Below are positions 46,617-55,259 of a DNA stretch of 64,000 bases, piece by piece; the first letter of the stretch is position 1; each line of letters begins with the position of its first letter. Source of the stretch: Chloroflexota bacterium (GTDB lineage: Bacteria > Chloroflexota > Anaerolineae > Anaerolineales > UBA4823); NCBI GenBank assembly GCA_029782365.1, contig JAKOUW010000096.1, positions 587,432 through 651,431 of the forward strand, in the 5' to 3' direction. Made by a program: the position numbers and the translations under genes. Under the pieces are notes generated by a model. The model did no database searches. It had not been told where the DNA came from and worked only from the letters and a program-made list of their open reading frames with translations.

Positions 46617-49600
46617 ATGAGATCCTTGCGCATTGGTTCAATCATCCTGGTGTTCGCTCTATGGTTTGGGCCATATTTACCTTCCGCTGTTGGCGCCGCC
46701 TCGGGGAGCGAGACAGCGCCTTCGACCCCACAGCGATCCAATGCGTCTATCGACATTCTGCCCAGCAGTTTTGTTCCCACCCTGGACGGCCAGTGCAACC
46801 TTGACGAATACAGCGACGCCTCGACGGAGACTTTTCTGGCGAACGGGCTGGACGGCGCCGCTCAGGTGACAGTGAGGATCAAGCACACCGACGCCGATCT
46901 GTATGTGTGCATGAGCAACCTGGCAAGACCGCAGGTCGCGGACGGTTTGAACGCCGTGGTCTATTTTAACCGCCTGGGGACTGGAGCGCAGGCTCCCTAT
47001 GCCGATGATTTCGCCCTGGCCGTCTCGTACAACGGTAACACCCGCCTGGAGCGCGGCCGGAGCGACGGCATGTATTTCAACACCAATGGCTATCCGAGCA
47101 ACTGGCAGGCGATGCGCACCATCCAGGCTGAGCCGCCGGCGTGGTCGGCTGAGTTTCGTATTGGTCTGGACGGGTTTCTCGGCGGTTGGGGGCATAACAT
47201 CAACATCGCCTTCATGGAACAGAATGTGATGGCCGCCGGGAACAATTTTGGCTGGCCCGACGGGGCGCTCACCGCCGCCCCCTCCACCTGGGGTGGCGGC
47301 AGCCTGGTTACCGACCCGTCCGCCGTCCTCTTGGATATGCAGCCCACGGTCATCGAGGTCACCCAGGCCATCCAGGATACGGCCAACCGAGTTCTGTTGG
47401 TGGCAGGCAAGGTCACCTTTGCCAGGGTCTATGTGGGCACGAATTTTCCTCGCACTGCTGTGCGAGCGCGGCTGTACGGCCTGCGCGGCGGCGTCTCGCT
47501 GGGTCCGCCGCTGATTCCCTCCAACCCGGGCGGGGTGCTCAATGTTCCTTATCCATCATCCATCAACGATGCCCGAAACAACCTGAATGACAGTTTCCTG
47601 TTCCTCCTGCCGCCATCCTGGACGGCCGCCGGTACGATCACCCTGCGGGCTGACATCAACCCTCTGCATGGCATCGCCGAAACCAATTACGCCAACAACT
47701 CACTCAGCAGCAGCCCGCTGACTTTTATTGCCACCCCGCCGCTCAAACTGCGTCTGCAAGCCATCAGCTACAACGCCAACGGGATGAACTTCACCCCGCC
47801 CACGCTGGACCAGGATATGCTGGTCTCGCAGATACGCCGCGAACTGCCCATCTCGGCGTTGAACCTGACACGCGGCACGATCTTCGATGGGGACCCACAC
47901 AGTCCGCTCCACACCGACCCTGGCACAGCCGGTCTGTTCGTCGTTGGGCTGGTGGACCGCAACCGCGACCGAACCGGCGCCGACCCCGGATGGATTCACT
48001 TTGGGCAGGTCTATGCCGGCCCGGCCAATGACCGCTTCATGCGCGGCATCACCCCGGCCGTACCAGCCTGGACGACCGTCTCCCCGACTGGTTTCAACCC
48101 CGGCTATCTGGGCGATTTCGATCCCAGCTACGGCGACACCTACGGTGTGCACGAGCTGGCGCATGCCCTGGGGCGTCCGCACGCCGGGCGGCAGTTCACC
48201 CCCAGCTTTAACTGTGGCGCCGATTTCTGGTTCTTCAATGAAGATTTTCCGTACGACGGAATTATCGGCGGGCCGCGCGGCGATCTCAACCGCTTCGTCG
48301 GTTTCGACCTGGGCGACAGCAGTCTGGGACTGGGGATGCGCTCGGTGCCTTCCAGCTTCGCTGACACAACCACGTACTGCGATAATGAGTGGATTTCGGA
48401 CTTCACCTACCGGCGCATCCACGATTACATCATGACTGCCTTCCCCTTAGCACTCGATCCTCAGTCATCGGCGCCCAACAACCTTCTCCCCGGTGATTTC
48501 GTGATGGTCCAGGGCGTGATCGACGCCTTCGCCCACACCGCCAGCCTGCTCCACACCGAGCGGATGCCCGAAGCCGGGTTGGTCTCACCTACCGGGACCG
48601 GCAGGTTCGCCCTGCGCTTCCTGGACGCCGCAGGGGCGGAGATCAAGCGGGTTCTGTTTGACGCACCTTCCGCCTCCGATGAACATTCGTCTTACTTCTC
48701 GCTGGTCGTGAACCTGCCGCCGGGAACTCAAAAGATCTCCGTTTTCGACACCCAGATCGCGGCCGACCTGGCCAGCCGCAGTTTCTCCGCCAATGCTCCG
48801 CTGGTCAAGTCGGTGTCGGTCAGCGGCGATACCACCTCAGGCAACAGCCCGCTGACGGTGAATTGGAGCGCAAGCGACGCCGACGGCGACCCGTTGAGTT
48901 TTGATCTGGAGTACAGCAATGACGGCGCCGGTTTTCGCATCCTGGCGACTGACCTGCCAACCGCCACCTTCACCATCACCGGTGGGATGCTGGCGGGCAC
49001 CAATGGGGCCACCCTGGGCATCTTTCGGGTGGTGGCCAACGACGGTTTCCTGACCGGCCGCAAAGACAGCGCCGCTTTTGTCGAAGGCGACAAGCCTCCT
49101 GAGCTGAAAGTCAGCGTGCAAGGCTACCCTGGTCCTGTGTGCTGCTGGGGCTACGGCCAGAACGTTCTGCTGGCGGCCGATGCGCTTGACCTGCAGGACG
49201 GCGTGCTGGACGGCAAGAGCCTGAGCTGGTTTTCGTCTCTCGACGGGGCGCTGGGGACCGGCAGTCAGATCTCGACCCAGTTCCTCAGCCCTGGCGACCA
49301 CACCATCACCGTCTCCACCCTCAATTCCGCTGGGCAGAAGGCCGAGGCCTCGCTCAAGTTGACGATCCTCGCCGACGCCGACCTGAGTATCCCCACCAAA
49401 TCTGAGTTCCAGGCAGCGCCGCAAATCTTAACATTCACCGAAGTCTGGCCGCACTGGCAGGACCTGACCCAGAGAATTTCGCTGCGTGACGCCGCCGGAT
49501 TGGCAATTAAATGGAACCTCAACAGCGTGCCGTCGTGGATCAAACTGAGCGCCGAGGCGGGCGCCGCCCCACAGATGGTGGATGTCACCGTCGACCCGAG

Positions 49601-49745
49601 CGGGTTGACCCCTGGCAGGCTCTTGACTGCCCCGCTGACTTTCACCCCAGAAGCCGGAAAGGGCGATCCGCGGACAGTCATGGTCTCTCTGCAGATCACC
49701 GGAGGAGGCCCGACCATGCTGGCGCTGCCGATTCTGATGAAGTGA
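46617..49745 (+). CDS. large secreted multidomain protein: signal peptide, CBM9/DOMON-like module, metzincin-motif (HExxHxxGxxH) region, Ig-like/BACON-like C-terminal modules
   Basis: ATG 46617 lies 7 nt after AAGGAG. Signal peptide MRSLRIGSIILVFALWFGPYLPSAVGAASG. HELAHALGRPH at nt 48150-48182. Confidence 0.75.
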   Translation: MRSLRIGSIILVFALWFGPYLPSAVGAASGSETAPSTPQRSNASIDILPSSFVPTLDGQCNLDEYSDASTETFLANGLDGAAQVTVRIKHTDADLYVCMSNLARPQVADGLNAVVYFNRLGTGAQAPYADDFALAVSYNGNTRLERGRSDGMYFNTNGYPSNWQAMRTIQAEPPAWSAEFRIGLDGFLGGWGHNINIAFMEQNVMAAGNNFGWPDGALTAAPSTWGGGSLVTDPSAVLLDMQPTVIEVTQAIQDTANRVLLVAGKVTFARVYVGTNFPRTAVRARLYGLRGGVSLGPPLIPSNPGGVLNVPYPSSINDARNNLNDSFLFLLPPSWTAAGTITLRADINPLHGIAETNYANNSLSSSPLTFIATPPLKLRLQAISYNANGMNFTPPTLDQDMLVSQIRRELPISALNLTRGTIFDGDPHSPLHTDPGTAGLFVVGLVDRNRDRTGADPGWIHFGQVYAGPANDRFMRGITPAVPAWTTVSPTGFNPGYLGDFDPSYGDTYGVHELAHALGRPHAGRQFTPSFNCGADFWFFNEDFPYDGIIGGPRGDLNRFVGFDLGDSSLGLGMRSVPSSFADTTTYCDNEWISDFTYRRIHDYIMTAFPLALDPQSSAPNNLLPGDFVMVQGVIDAFAHTASLLHTERMPEAGLVSPTGTGRFALRFLDAAGAEIKRVLFDAPSASDEHSSYFSLVVNLPPGTQKISVFDTQIAADLASRSFSANAPLVKSVSVSGDTTSGNSPLTVNWSASDADGDPLSFDLEYSNDGAGFRILATDLPTATFTITGGMLAGTNGATLGIFRVVANDGFLTGRKDSAAFVEGDKPPELKVSVQGYPGPVCCWGYGQNVLLAADALDLQDGVLDGKSLSWFSSLDGALGTGSQISTQFLSPGDHTITVSTLNSAGQKAEASLKLTILADADLSIPTKSEFQAAPQILTFTEVWPHWQDLTQRISLRDAAGLAIKWNLNSVPSWIKLSAEAGAAPQMVDVTVDPSGLTPGRLLTAPLTFTPEAGKGDPRTVMVSLQITGGGPTMLALPILMK

Positions 49746-49841
49746 GATGTTCCCTTGCCGTGAAAATTCTGCAGCCTGAGACAGGCGTCAGTCGATACTG
49801 CGTGATATACTCGGATGAGGTATGTTGCGAATGGTGACGCC

Positions 49842-50465
49842 ATGTCGGTAAAACATTGGTTAATTTTTCTGGCAGTGCTGCTCGCCCTGGTCGCTTGCGC
49901 TCCACCTCCTCCATCTTCCACGGAAACCGACCTGCCCAGCGCCAACCCGGTGGAAGCTCACCCCACTGACACCGCCCGGCCGTTTTCCACTGCGCCGCCA
50001 GCCGGTCTGCCCCACCTGGCGGCGGCCGCTCGCCCCCCAAGACCCACTCCCTTTCAAGGTCCCATTCACCTGGCTGGCGAGATCATCGAGATCGACAACC
50101 AGCAAATTGCCCTGTACGGCGCAAAGTTGGACGGCGGTGATCTGACCGCCCATTTCATTATAAAAAATAATACGCAGAGCGAGCTGACCGTCAGCCAACT
50201 GATCAGTTTCAGCGCTCAAAACCCGGATGGCACCCTCCCGGTGACGGATATTGTCTCCTGTCCGGGTTTTGCCGCGCCCATCCCGCCTGGCGGGGTGGAA
50301 AAAGGCCAGGTGTGCTGGACCAGCTTCCAGGCTGACGGGCGAGTGTTCTACCGGGCGAATCTTTTCGAACAGCAGTTGATCGCCTGGCGCATCCCCTCTG
50401 CGATCCCCGAGATGGAAATCACCTTCCAGGGCGTCCATCTGCTCGCTCATTTCCAAGCGGATTGA
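49842..50465 (+). CDS. lipoprotein, DUF4352-like beta-sandwich
   Basis: MSVKHWLIFLAVLLALVAC lipobox, Pro/Ser/Thr linker, then the ...LTAHFIIKNNTQSELTVSQLISFSAQNPDG... pattern. Confidence 0.65.
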   Translation: MSVKHWLIFLAVLLALVACAPPPPSSTETDLPSANPVEAHPTDTARPFSTAPPAGLPHLAAAARPPRPTPFQGPIHLAGEIIEIDNQQIALYGAKLDGGDLTAHFIIKNNTQSELTVSQLISFSAQNPDGTLPVTDIVSCPGFAAPIPPGGVEKGQVCWTSFQADGRVFYRANLFEQQLIAWRIPSAIPEMEITFQGVHLLAHFQAD

Positions 50466-50627
50466 TGAATGAGATGAAGCGCCGAAAAAACAAAGTCAAC
50501 TGATTGCAGGCGCAGGAATGCCGATTTTCCAGGGCGCTCGCCGCAGAGGTTCGAACACATCTTCACGCGCCCTCGAGAAGGCTTTAGCAGTTTGTTTACC
50601 TTTTTCCAGGTCAGCCCGCCGGACCGC

Positions 50628-50656
50628 TTGCAATTGAATTTTTTAATCGCTATAAT
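50628..50656 (+). promoter_or_regulatory. near-consensus sigma70-type promoter TTGCAA-17-TATAAT
   Basis: Read directly: -35 at 50628-50633 and -10 at 50651-50656. It implies a leader of about 210 nt before ATG 50874. Confidence 0.55.
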
Positions 50657-50873
50657 TTAATCATCAATTGTAGATAAGACCCGGTCTGGCCTGCCGTTTA
50701 CAGGTAAGGACAAACAATTGGCAGACCAGCGGCGGATCATTCAGCTCTCCTTGATGGATTTTCACGAGCTGTGTTTCACCTGGCGGTTACAGCGCTCTGC
50801 GTGGTGGTTTCAGCGCGCACGCCGTCAGGAGATCTGGCCTGTTCATCAATTGAACGAAAAGAAAGGATTTGCA

Positions 50874-52277
50874 ATGGACAAGAGATATACCCAATTGATC
50901 TGGATTTTGTCGATCGGTATCGCCTTGTTTGCGCTCAGCGCTCTGCCCGCCCGCCAGGCGTTGGGCCAAGACAGCGCAGAGCCTGCCGCCCCTTCTGCCG
51001 CGCTTGGCGGCGTCGGCTTTTCCATGCCTGTCCAGGGCCGTCTGACGGATGCCAGCGGTTACCCGCTGGATGGACATTACGATCTCACTTTCCGCCTGTA
51101 CACCGGCTTAGCCGACCCGGCGGCGGTTTGCGAAGACACCAACACGAACGTGGATGTGGCCAACGGCCTGTTCAGCACCTACATCTGGGGCGACTGCGGC
51201 TCAGTGGTCACCGGTCAACAGCTTTACCTGGGCATCCAGGTGGGCGCAGATGCTGAAATGACGCCCCGCCTGCCGGTTTATCCGGTGCCTTACGCCGCCA
51301 GCCTGATGCCAGGGGCTGTGATCAGCAGTACGATCAGCGGCTTACCGGTTTTGCACCTGGAGAATTCCGCGCCCACCGGCCGCGGCCTGCGCGCCTACGC
51401 CACGGCCACCACCGGTGTTAATTATGCCGTGATCGGCGCCTCCAAATCTCCTTCCGGTTATGGCGGGTACTTTTACAACAACGGCGGTGGGATCGGCCTG
51501 TGGAGTTGGACGAACAGCTCCTCCAAACCGGCCATTTTCGGTTGTGTGAATGCCTCTTCCGGGGCTTGCGCCTCCGGCTCGAATCCGGCTGGCGTGTTGG
51601 GCAAGAGCAGCCTGGGCGACGGCGTGCAGGGCGTCACCAGCAGCAGCTCTTTCCGCGGCGTGTATGCTGAAAACACCGGCGGCATTGCTCTGGCCGCCTA
51701 CAGCTCCGCCGCTGACCCAACAAACCACACCCTCGCCACGCTGTACCTGATCCAAAGCAACAGCTCTGGCGATTATGTCGTCGGCGCCAGCTCGTACTTC
51801 GGCTCGCGCACCTGGCGCGTCGACCGCACCGGCAAAGGCTTCTTCAACGGCGGCACCCAGGCCAGCGGCGCTGATTTTGCCGAACAGATCGCCGTGCAAG
51901 GTGACGAGGGCGCGTATGAAGTGGGCGATGTCCTGGTGATCAGCGCCGCCGCCGACCGCATGGTTGAAAAATCCAATTCGGCCTTCTCCCGCGCCGTCAT
52001 CGGCGTGTACTCCAGCGACCCGGCTGTCTTGGCTGGCGCTCCAGACCAGGACAGCCCGCTTTCAGGTGTGCCTGTGGCGGTGGTGGGCATTGTGAAGTGC
52101 AAAGTATCCACTGAGAACGGCCCCATCCAGCGCGGCGACCTGCTGGTGACCGCCAGCCTGCCAGGATACGCCATGCGCTCCGGCGATAACCCGCCCCAGG
52201 GCACGGTGCTGGGCAAGGCCTTGCAGACACTCGACGCCGGCACAGGCCTCATTTTAATCCTTGTCGTTTTGCAGTGA
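50874..52277 (+). CDS. secreted tail-fibre-like protein
   Basis: ATG 50874 after AAAGGA. Signal peptide. VQGRLTDASGYPLDGHYDLTFRLY...VDVANGLFS is the N-terminal pattern common in proteins annotated 'tail fiber domain-containing'. Gly/Ser-rich central beta region. Confidence 0.6.
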   Translation: MDKRYTQLIWILSIGIALFALSALPARQALGQDSAEPAAPSAALGGVGFSMPVQGRLTDASGYPLDGHYDLTFRLYTGLADPAAVCEDTNTNVDVANGLFSTYIWGDCGSVVTGQQLYLGIQVGADAEMTPRLPVYPVPYAASLMPGAVISSTISGLPVLHLENSAPTGRGLRAYATATTGVNYAVIGASKSPSGYGGYFYNNGGGIGLWSWTNSSSKPAIFGCVNASSGACASGSNPAGVLGKSSLGDGVQGVTSSSSFRGVYAENTGGIALAAYSSAADPTNHTLATLYLIQSNSSGDYVVGASSYFGSRTWRVDRTGKGFFNGGTQASGADFAEQIAVQGDEGAYEVGDVLVISAAADRMVEKSNSAFSRAVIGVYSSDPAVLAGAPDQDSPLSGVPVAVVGIVKCKVSTENGPIQRGDLLVTASLPGYAMRSGDNPPQGTVLGKALQTLDAGTGLILILVVLQ

Positions 52278-52289
52278 ACGGAGGCTGGA

Positions 52290-52619
52290 ATGTTGCCTTC
52301 CATTCGTTTCCCAATGCTGCTGCTGCTGGCCTGTTTACTGCTTGGCTTCAGCTCTGCCGGCCGCCCGCCGGATCCAGCCGCCGCCAGTTTCGGCCCATCA
52401 GACGCTCAAATGGTTTCGCCAGGGTACCGCCTGGATTGGCTCACTCCCCTGGCTATCAACGCCGGCGGTTCGATCGTCTCACCCAGCTTCCGGCTGGATT
52501 ACAGCCTTGGCCAAGTCGCCGTCGACCGCGCCGCTTCGAACAGCCGCCGCGTTTTCCTGGGCTATTGGTCCAATTACGCCTATCTGTACCATCTCCTGCT
52601 GCCGCTGATCACGCATTGA
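52290..52619 (+). CDS. small secreted hypothetical protein
   Basis: 109 aa, signal peptide MLPSIRFPMLLLLACLLLGFSSA, 12 nt downstream of the tail-fibre-like gene. Confidence 0.5.
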   Translation: MLPSIRFPMLLLLACLLLGFSSAGRPPDPAAASFGPSDAQMVSPGYRLDWLTPLAINAGGSIVSPSFRLDYSLGQVAVDRAASNSRRVFLGYWSNYAYLYHLLLPLITH

Positions 52620-52668
52620 TCTGAAACGACAATTCGCTGCGCGGCTGGCGGGAACCGAAAATCTGCGG

Positions 52669-53274
52669 GTGGTGTATAGTGTATGCATGCACTTTGACGC
52701 CGAAAACCCGCACGAACAGGTCAGGTTAATCCAGGCAGCCCTGCAGAGCGATGAGACAGCCTGGGAAGCCCTGGTGCGCGCCCACCAGGAGCCCATCTTT
52801 CGCTTCGCTTATTTGTTGTTGGGCGACAGCGCCGAAGCGCAGGATGTCGCCCAGGAAGCATTTATCAAGGCTTTCAAGGCCCTGCGGCGCTTCGACACCA
52901 GCCGTCCCCTGCGCCCCTGGCTGTTGAGCATCGCCGCCAACCTGGCGCGCAACCGCCGGCGCTCGGCAGGGCGATTTTTGGCCGCTCTGCGCCGCTTTGC
53001 GGCCAATGAGCCGGGCCAAACGACCAGCGTTGAAGCCCTCAGCCTGGCGCAAATCCAGGCCCAGACGCTCTGGCTCGCCGTGCAGAAGTTGGATGAGCCG
53101 GACCGCCAGGTGATCTACCTGCGCTATTTCCTCGAGCTGCCCGTGGAGGAAACTGCCCAGGTGATTCAGGCGGCGGAAGGCACGGTCAAATCTCGCCTGC
53201 ACCGCGCCGTTCAGCGGCTGAAAGCCATCATCGAGCGCGACTTTCCAGGACTGCGTGCAGGATGGAACCAATGA
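52669..53274 (+). CDS. ECF-type RNA polymerase sigma-70 factor
   Basis: Region 2 (FRFAYLLLGDSAEAQDVAQEAFIKAF) and region 4 (DRQVIYLRYFLELPVEETAQVIQAAEGTVKSRLHRA). The start could be Met 52687. Confidence 0.9.
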   Translation: MVYSVCMHFDAENPHEQVRLIQAALQSDETAWEALVRAHQEPIFRFAYLLLGDSAEAQDVAQEAFIKAFKALRRFDTSRPLRPWLLSIAANLARNRRRSAGRFLAALRRFAANEPGQTTSVEALSLAQIQAQTLWLAVQKLDEPDRQVIYLRYFLELPVEETAQVIQAAEGTVKSRLHRAVQRLKAIIERDFPGLRAGWNQ

Positions 53275-54056
53275 ATCCAAATTTTGAAACCCCCGAAGAA
53301 AGCGGCTTTCTGGCCGCCGCCCAGGCCTTTCCGTACCCGCCCACGCCCGATGTGGCTCGCTTTGCCGCCCGCCGCATATTTCATCCGGCGCCTGCCCGCC
53401 GGCAGTTGGCGCGCCGCGCCGCCCTGGCCGCCGCCCTGGCGTTGGTCGGCCTTCTCTTTCTGCTGGCGGCCCCCGGCGTGCGTGCCCAGTTCGCCGAATG
53501 GATTCAGATCGGTGTGGTGCGCATTTTCCAACAGGCCGTACCCACCCCCGAAATTTCCGCTCCAACCCCATCTCTCGACCGCTCCCCGGCGCCCACGCAC
53601 ACTTACCTCATTTCCCTGCTCGACCTGGGCAGTGAGACCACCCTGGAAATCGCCCGCCGGAAGGCCGGCTTCCCTGTGCGCCTGCCCACCTACCCGGCAG
53701 ACCTGGAAAGCCCAGACAAGGTGTACTTGATGGATATGGATAAACCTTTCCTCATCCTGGTGTGGCTGGACCAGACGAATCCCACTGCTGTGCGTCTCAG
53801 CTTGCAGACTTTCCCCCCAGGCTCAATTGCCGCTGAAAAGTGGTCCCCTGTTTTGGTCGGCGAGACCAGCGTCCACGGCCAGTACGCCGCCTGGGTGATC
53901 GGCCCGTATCTCCTGCGTTTGAAAAATGGCGATTATGATTTCCGCCGTCTGGTGGACGGCAATGTCCTGGTCTGGCAGGAGGGCGACCTGACATACCGCC
54001 TGGAATCCAGCCTGAAGATGGATGAAGCTGTCAGGGTGGCCGAATCGCTCAAGTAA
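53271..54056 (+). CDS. anti-sigma factor-like membrane protein (single TM, DUF4367-like extracytoplasmic domain)
   Basis: ATG 53271 overlaps the sigma-factor stop (ATGA). TM AALAAALALVGLLFLLAAPGV. C-terminal beta-rich domain. Confidence 0.65.
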   Translation: MNPNFETPEESGFLAAAQAFPYPPTPDVARFAARRIFHPAPARRQLARRAALAAALALVGLLFLLAAPGVRAQFAEWIQIGVVRIFQQAVPTPEISAPTPSLDRSPAPTHTYLISLLDLGSETTLEIARRKAGFPVRLPTYPADLESPDKVYLMDMDKPFLILVWLDQTNPTAVRLSLQTFPPGSIAAEKWSPVLVGETSVHGQYAAWVIGPYLLRLKNGDYDFRRLVDGNVLVWQEGDLTYRLESSLKMDEAVRVAESLK

Positions 54057-54138
54057 TTGCGTCTGGCTGGAACCTTCATAAGGCCGGCGGTGTATACAGG
54101 ATGAAGATAACCAAATTTCTCTTGATAAGGAGCTGAAA

Positions 54139-55026
54139 ATGCAGCGCACAATGTTAAGAATTGGCTTATTGCTTGGCCTGGCCTGCCTCTTCCTGTCTGC
54201 CGCGGGAAGCGCCTCCGCCGGCGGCTGGGCGGTCATCACCCTGACGCACCTGCCCGATTACGCCGTGGCCGGTCAGCCGGCGGGTTTCGAATTTGTCATC
54301 CGCCAGCACGGCCGAACGCCCTGGGTGAGCGACATGGTTTTGGTGAAAGCCATCCGGGTCGGCTCCAGCGACGCCCTGACCGGCAAAGCCGAGAGCGTTT
54401 CCGGCACGCCTGGCACCTACCGTGTCCAAATCACTTTTCCAGCCGCCGGCCTGTGGCGCTGGAGCGTATCCAGCGGCCTGTACCCAGATTTCCAACCCAT
54501 GCCCGACCTGACAGTGGTCGCCGCGGCGGCTTCAACCGCTGGCGCCCCCTTGCCCAACCGCGCCGCTCTGCTGTCTGGAGCCGCCGGCCTGGCCGGAGCA
54601 CTGCTCTTCGCCGTCCTGCTGATCCTGCGCCGCAGCCGCGCTCGCCAGGCAGCAGCCCTTTCGCTGGTCTGCCTGGCGCTTGGGTTGGCTGGGTTCAGCC
54701 TGGCAGCCGACCCCGGGCAGCCAGCTCAATCGACTGCGGCTATCCCGGCTTACACGCCTGCACCGTTGAGCCAGGCGGCATTGGGCGAGCGCCTGTTCAT
54801 TGCCAAGGGCTGCATTGTCTGCCACTCCAAAACGGCCAGCGGCCTGCCGGTCAATGTCTCTTTGGACATGGGCCCAAACCTGACGAAGGTGGACAAAGAC
54901 GCCCAATATTTGAAATATTGGCTGGCCGACCCTTCTGAGCTGAAACCGGAAACGACCATGCCCAAGCTCGGTTTGAGCGGCGAAGAAATCCAGGCGTTGA
55001 TCGCCTTCTTGAAAGCCGGCAACTGA
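54139..55026 (+). CDS. membrane-associated protein with C-terminal monohaem cytochrome c domain
   Basis: Signal peptide, beta-sandwich-like N-domain, TM (AGLAGALLFAVLLIL), CIVCH haem motif and a distal TMPK Met ligand context. AAGGAG SD. Confidence 0.75.
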   Translation: MQRTMLRIGLLLGLACLFLSAAGSASAGGWAVITLTHLPDYAVAGQPAGFEFVIRQHGRTPWVSDMVLVKAIRVGSSDALTGKAESVSGTPGTYRVQITFPAAGLWRWSVSSGLYPDFQPMPDLTVVAAAASTAGAPLPNRAALLSGAAGLAGALLFAVLLILRRSRARQAAALSLVCLALGLAGFSLAADPGQPAQSTAAIPAYTPAPLSQAALGERLFIAKGCIVCHSKTASGLPVNVSLDMGPNLTKVDKDAQYLKYWLADPSELKPETTMPKLGLSGEEIQALIAFLKAGN

Positions 55027-55078
55027 CCAGACAGGCCTCGCCGGCAGTCTTTCGCCGGGCAGATCAATCAATTGGCAA

Positions 55079-55113
55079 AGCAGTCTCTATGCACCGGCAG
55101 AGGCTGCTTTTTT
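55079..55113 (+). terminator. rho-independent terminator
   Basis: AGCAGTCTCT (55079-55088), 10-nt loop, AGAGGCTGCT (55099-55108), followed by a T-run that begins with the stem's last T (6 consecutive Ts, 55108-55113). It lies 53 nt after the cytochrome c gene stop. Confidence 0.75.
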
Positions 55114-55178
55114 CAATGCTGGGAGCTTTCACCCTTCCTAGACCTCCATTTCATCCCTGGGAATATTTTCCCATCCGC

Positions 55179-55207
55179 TTGACTTTCGAATTTCTTTCCT
55201 ATACAAT
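55179..55207 (+). promoter_or_regulatory. sigma70-type promoter TTGACT-17-TACAAT for the S8-led operon
   Basis: Read directly in an AT-rich intergenic region, about 50 nt upstream of ATG 55260. Confidence 0.55.
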
Positions 55208-55259
55208 ATAATTCAGACAATTCGAATCTAATTTATCCTATTTAGCAAGCCAACACAGG

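Noticed and set aside
47700-48422. 240-aa minus-strand ORF inside the large secreted-protein gene
   Set aside because: It is an antisense shadow with no start context. The plus-strand frame has a signal peptide, an SD and domain-like patterning over more than 3 kb.
52726-53571. 281-aa minus-strand ORF spanning the sigma/anti-sigma genes
   Set aside because: It is antisense to an unmistakable ECF sigma factor. The translation is Arg/Gly/Pro-rich.
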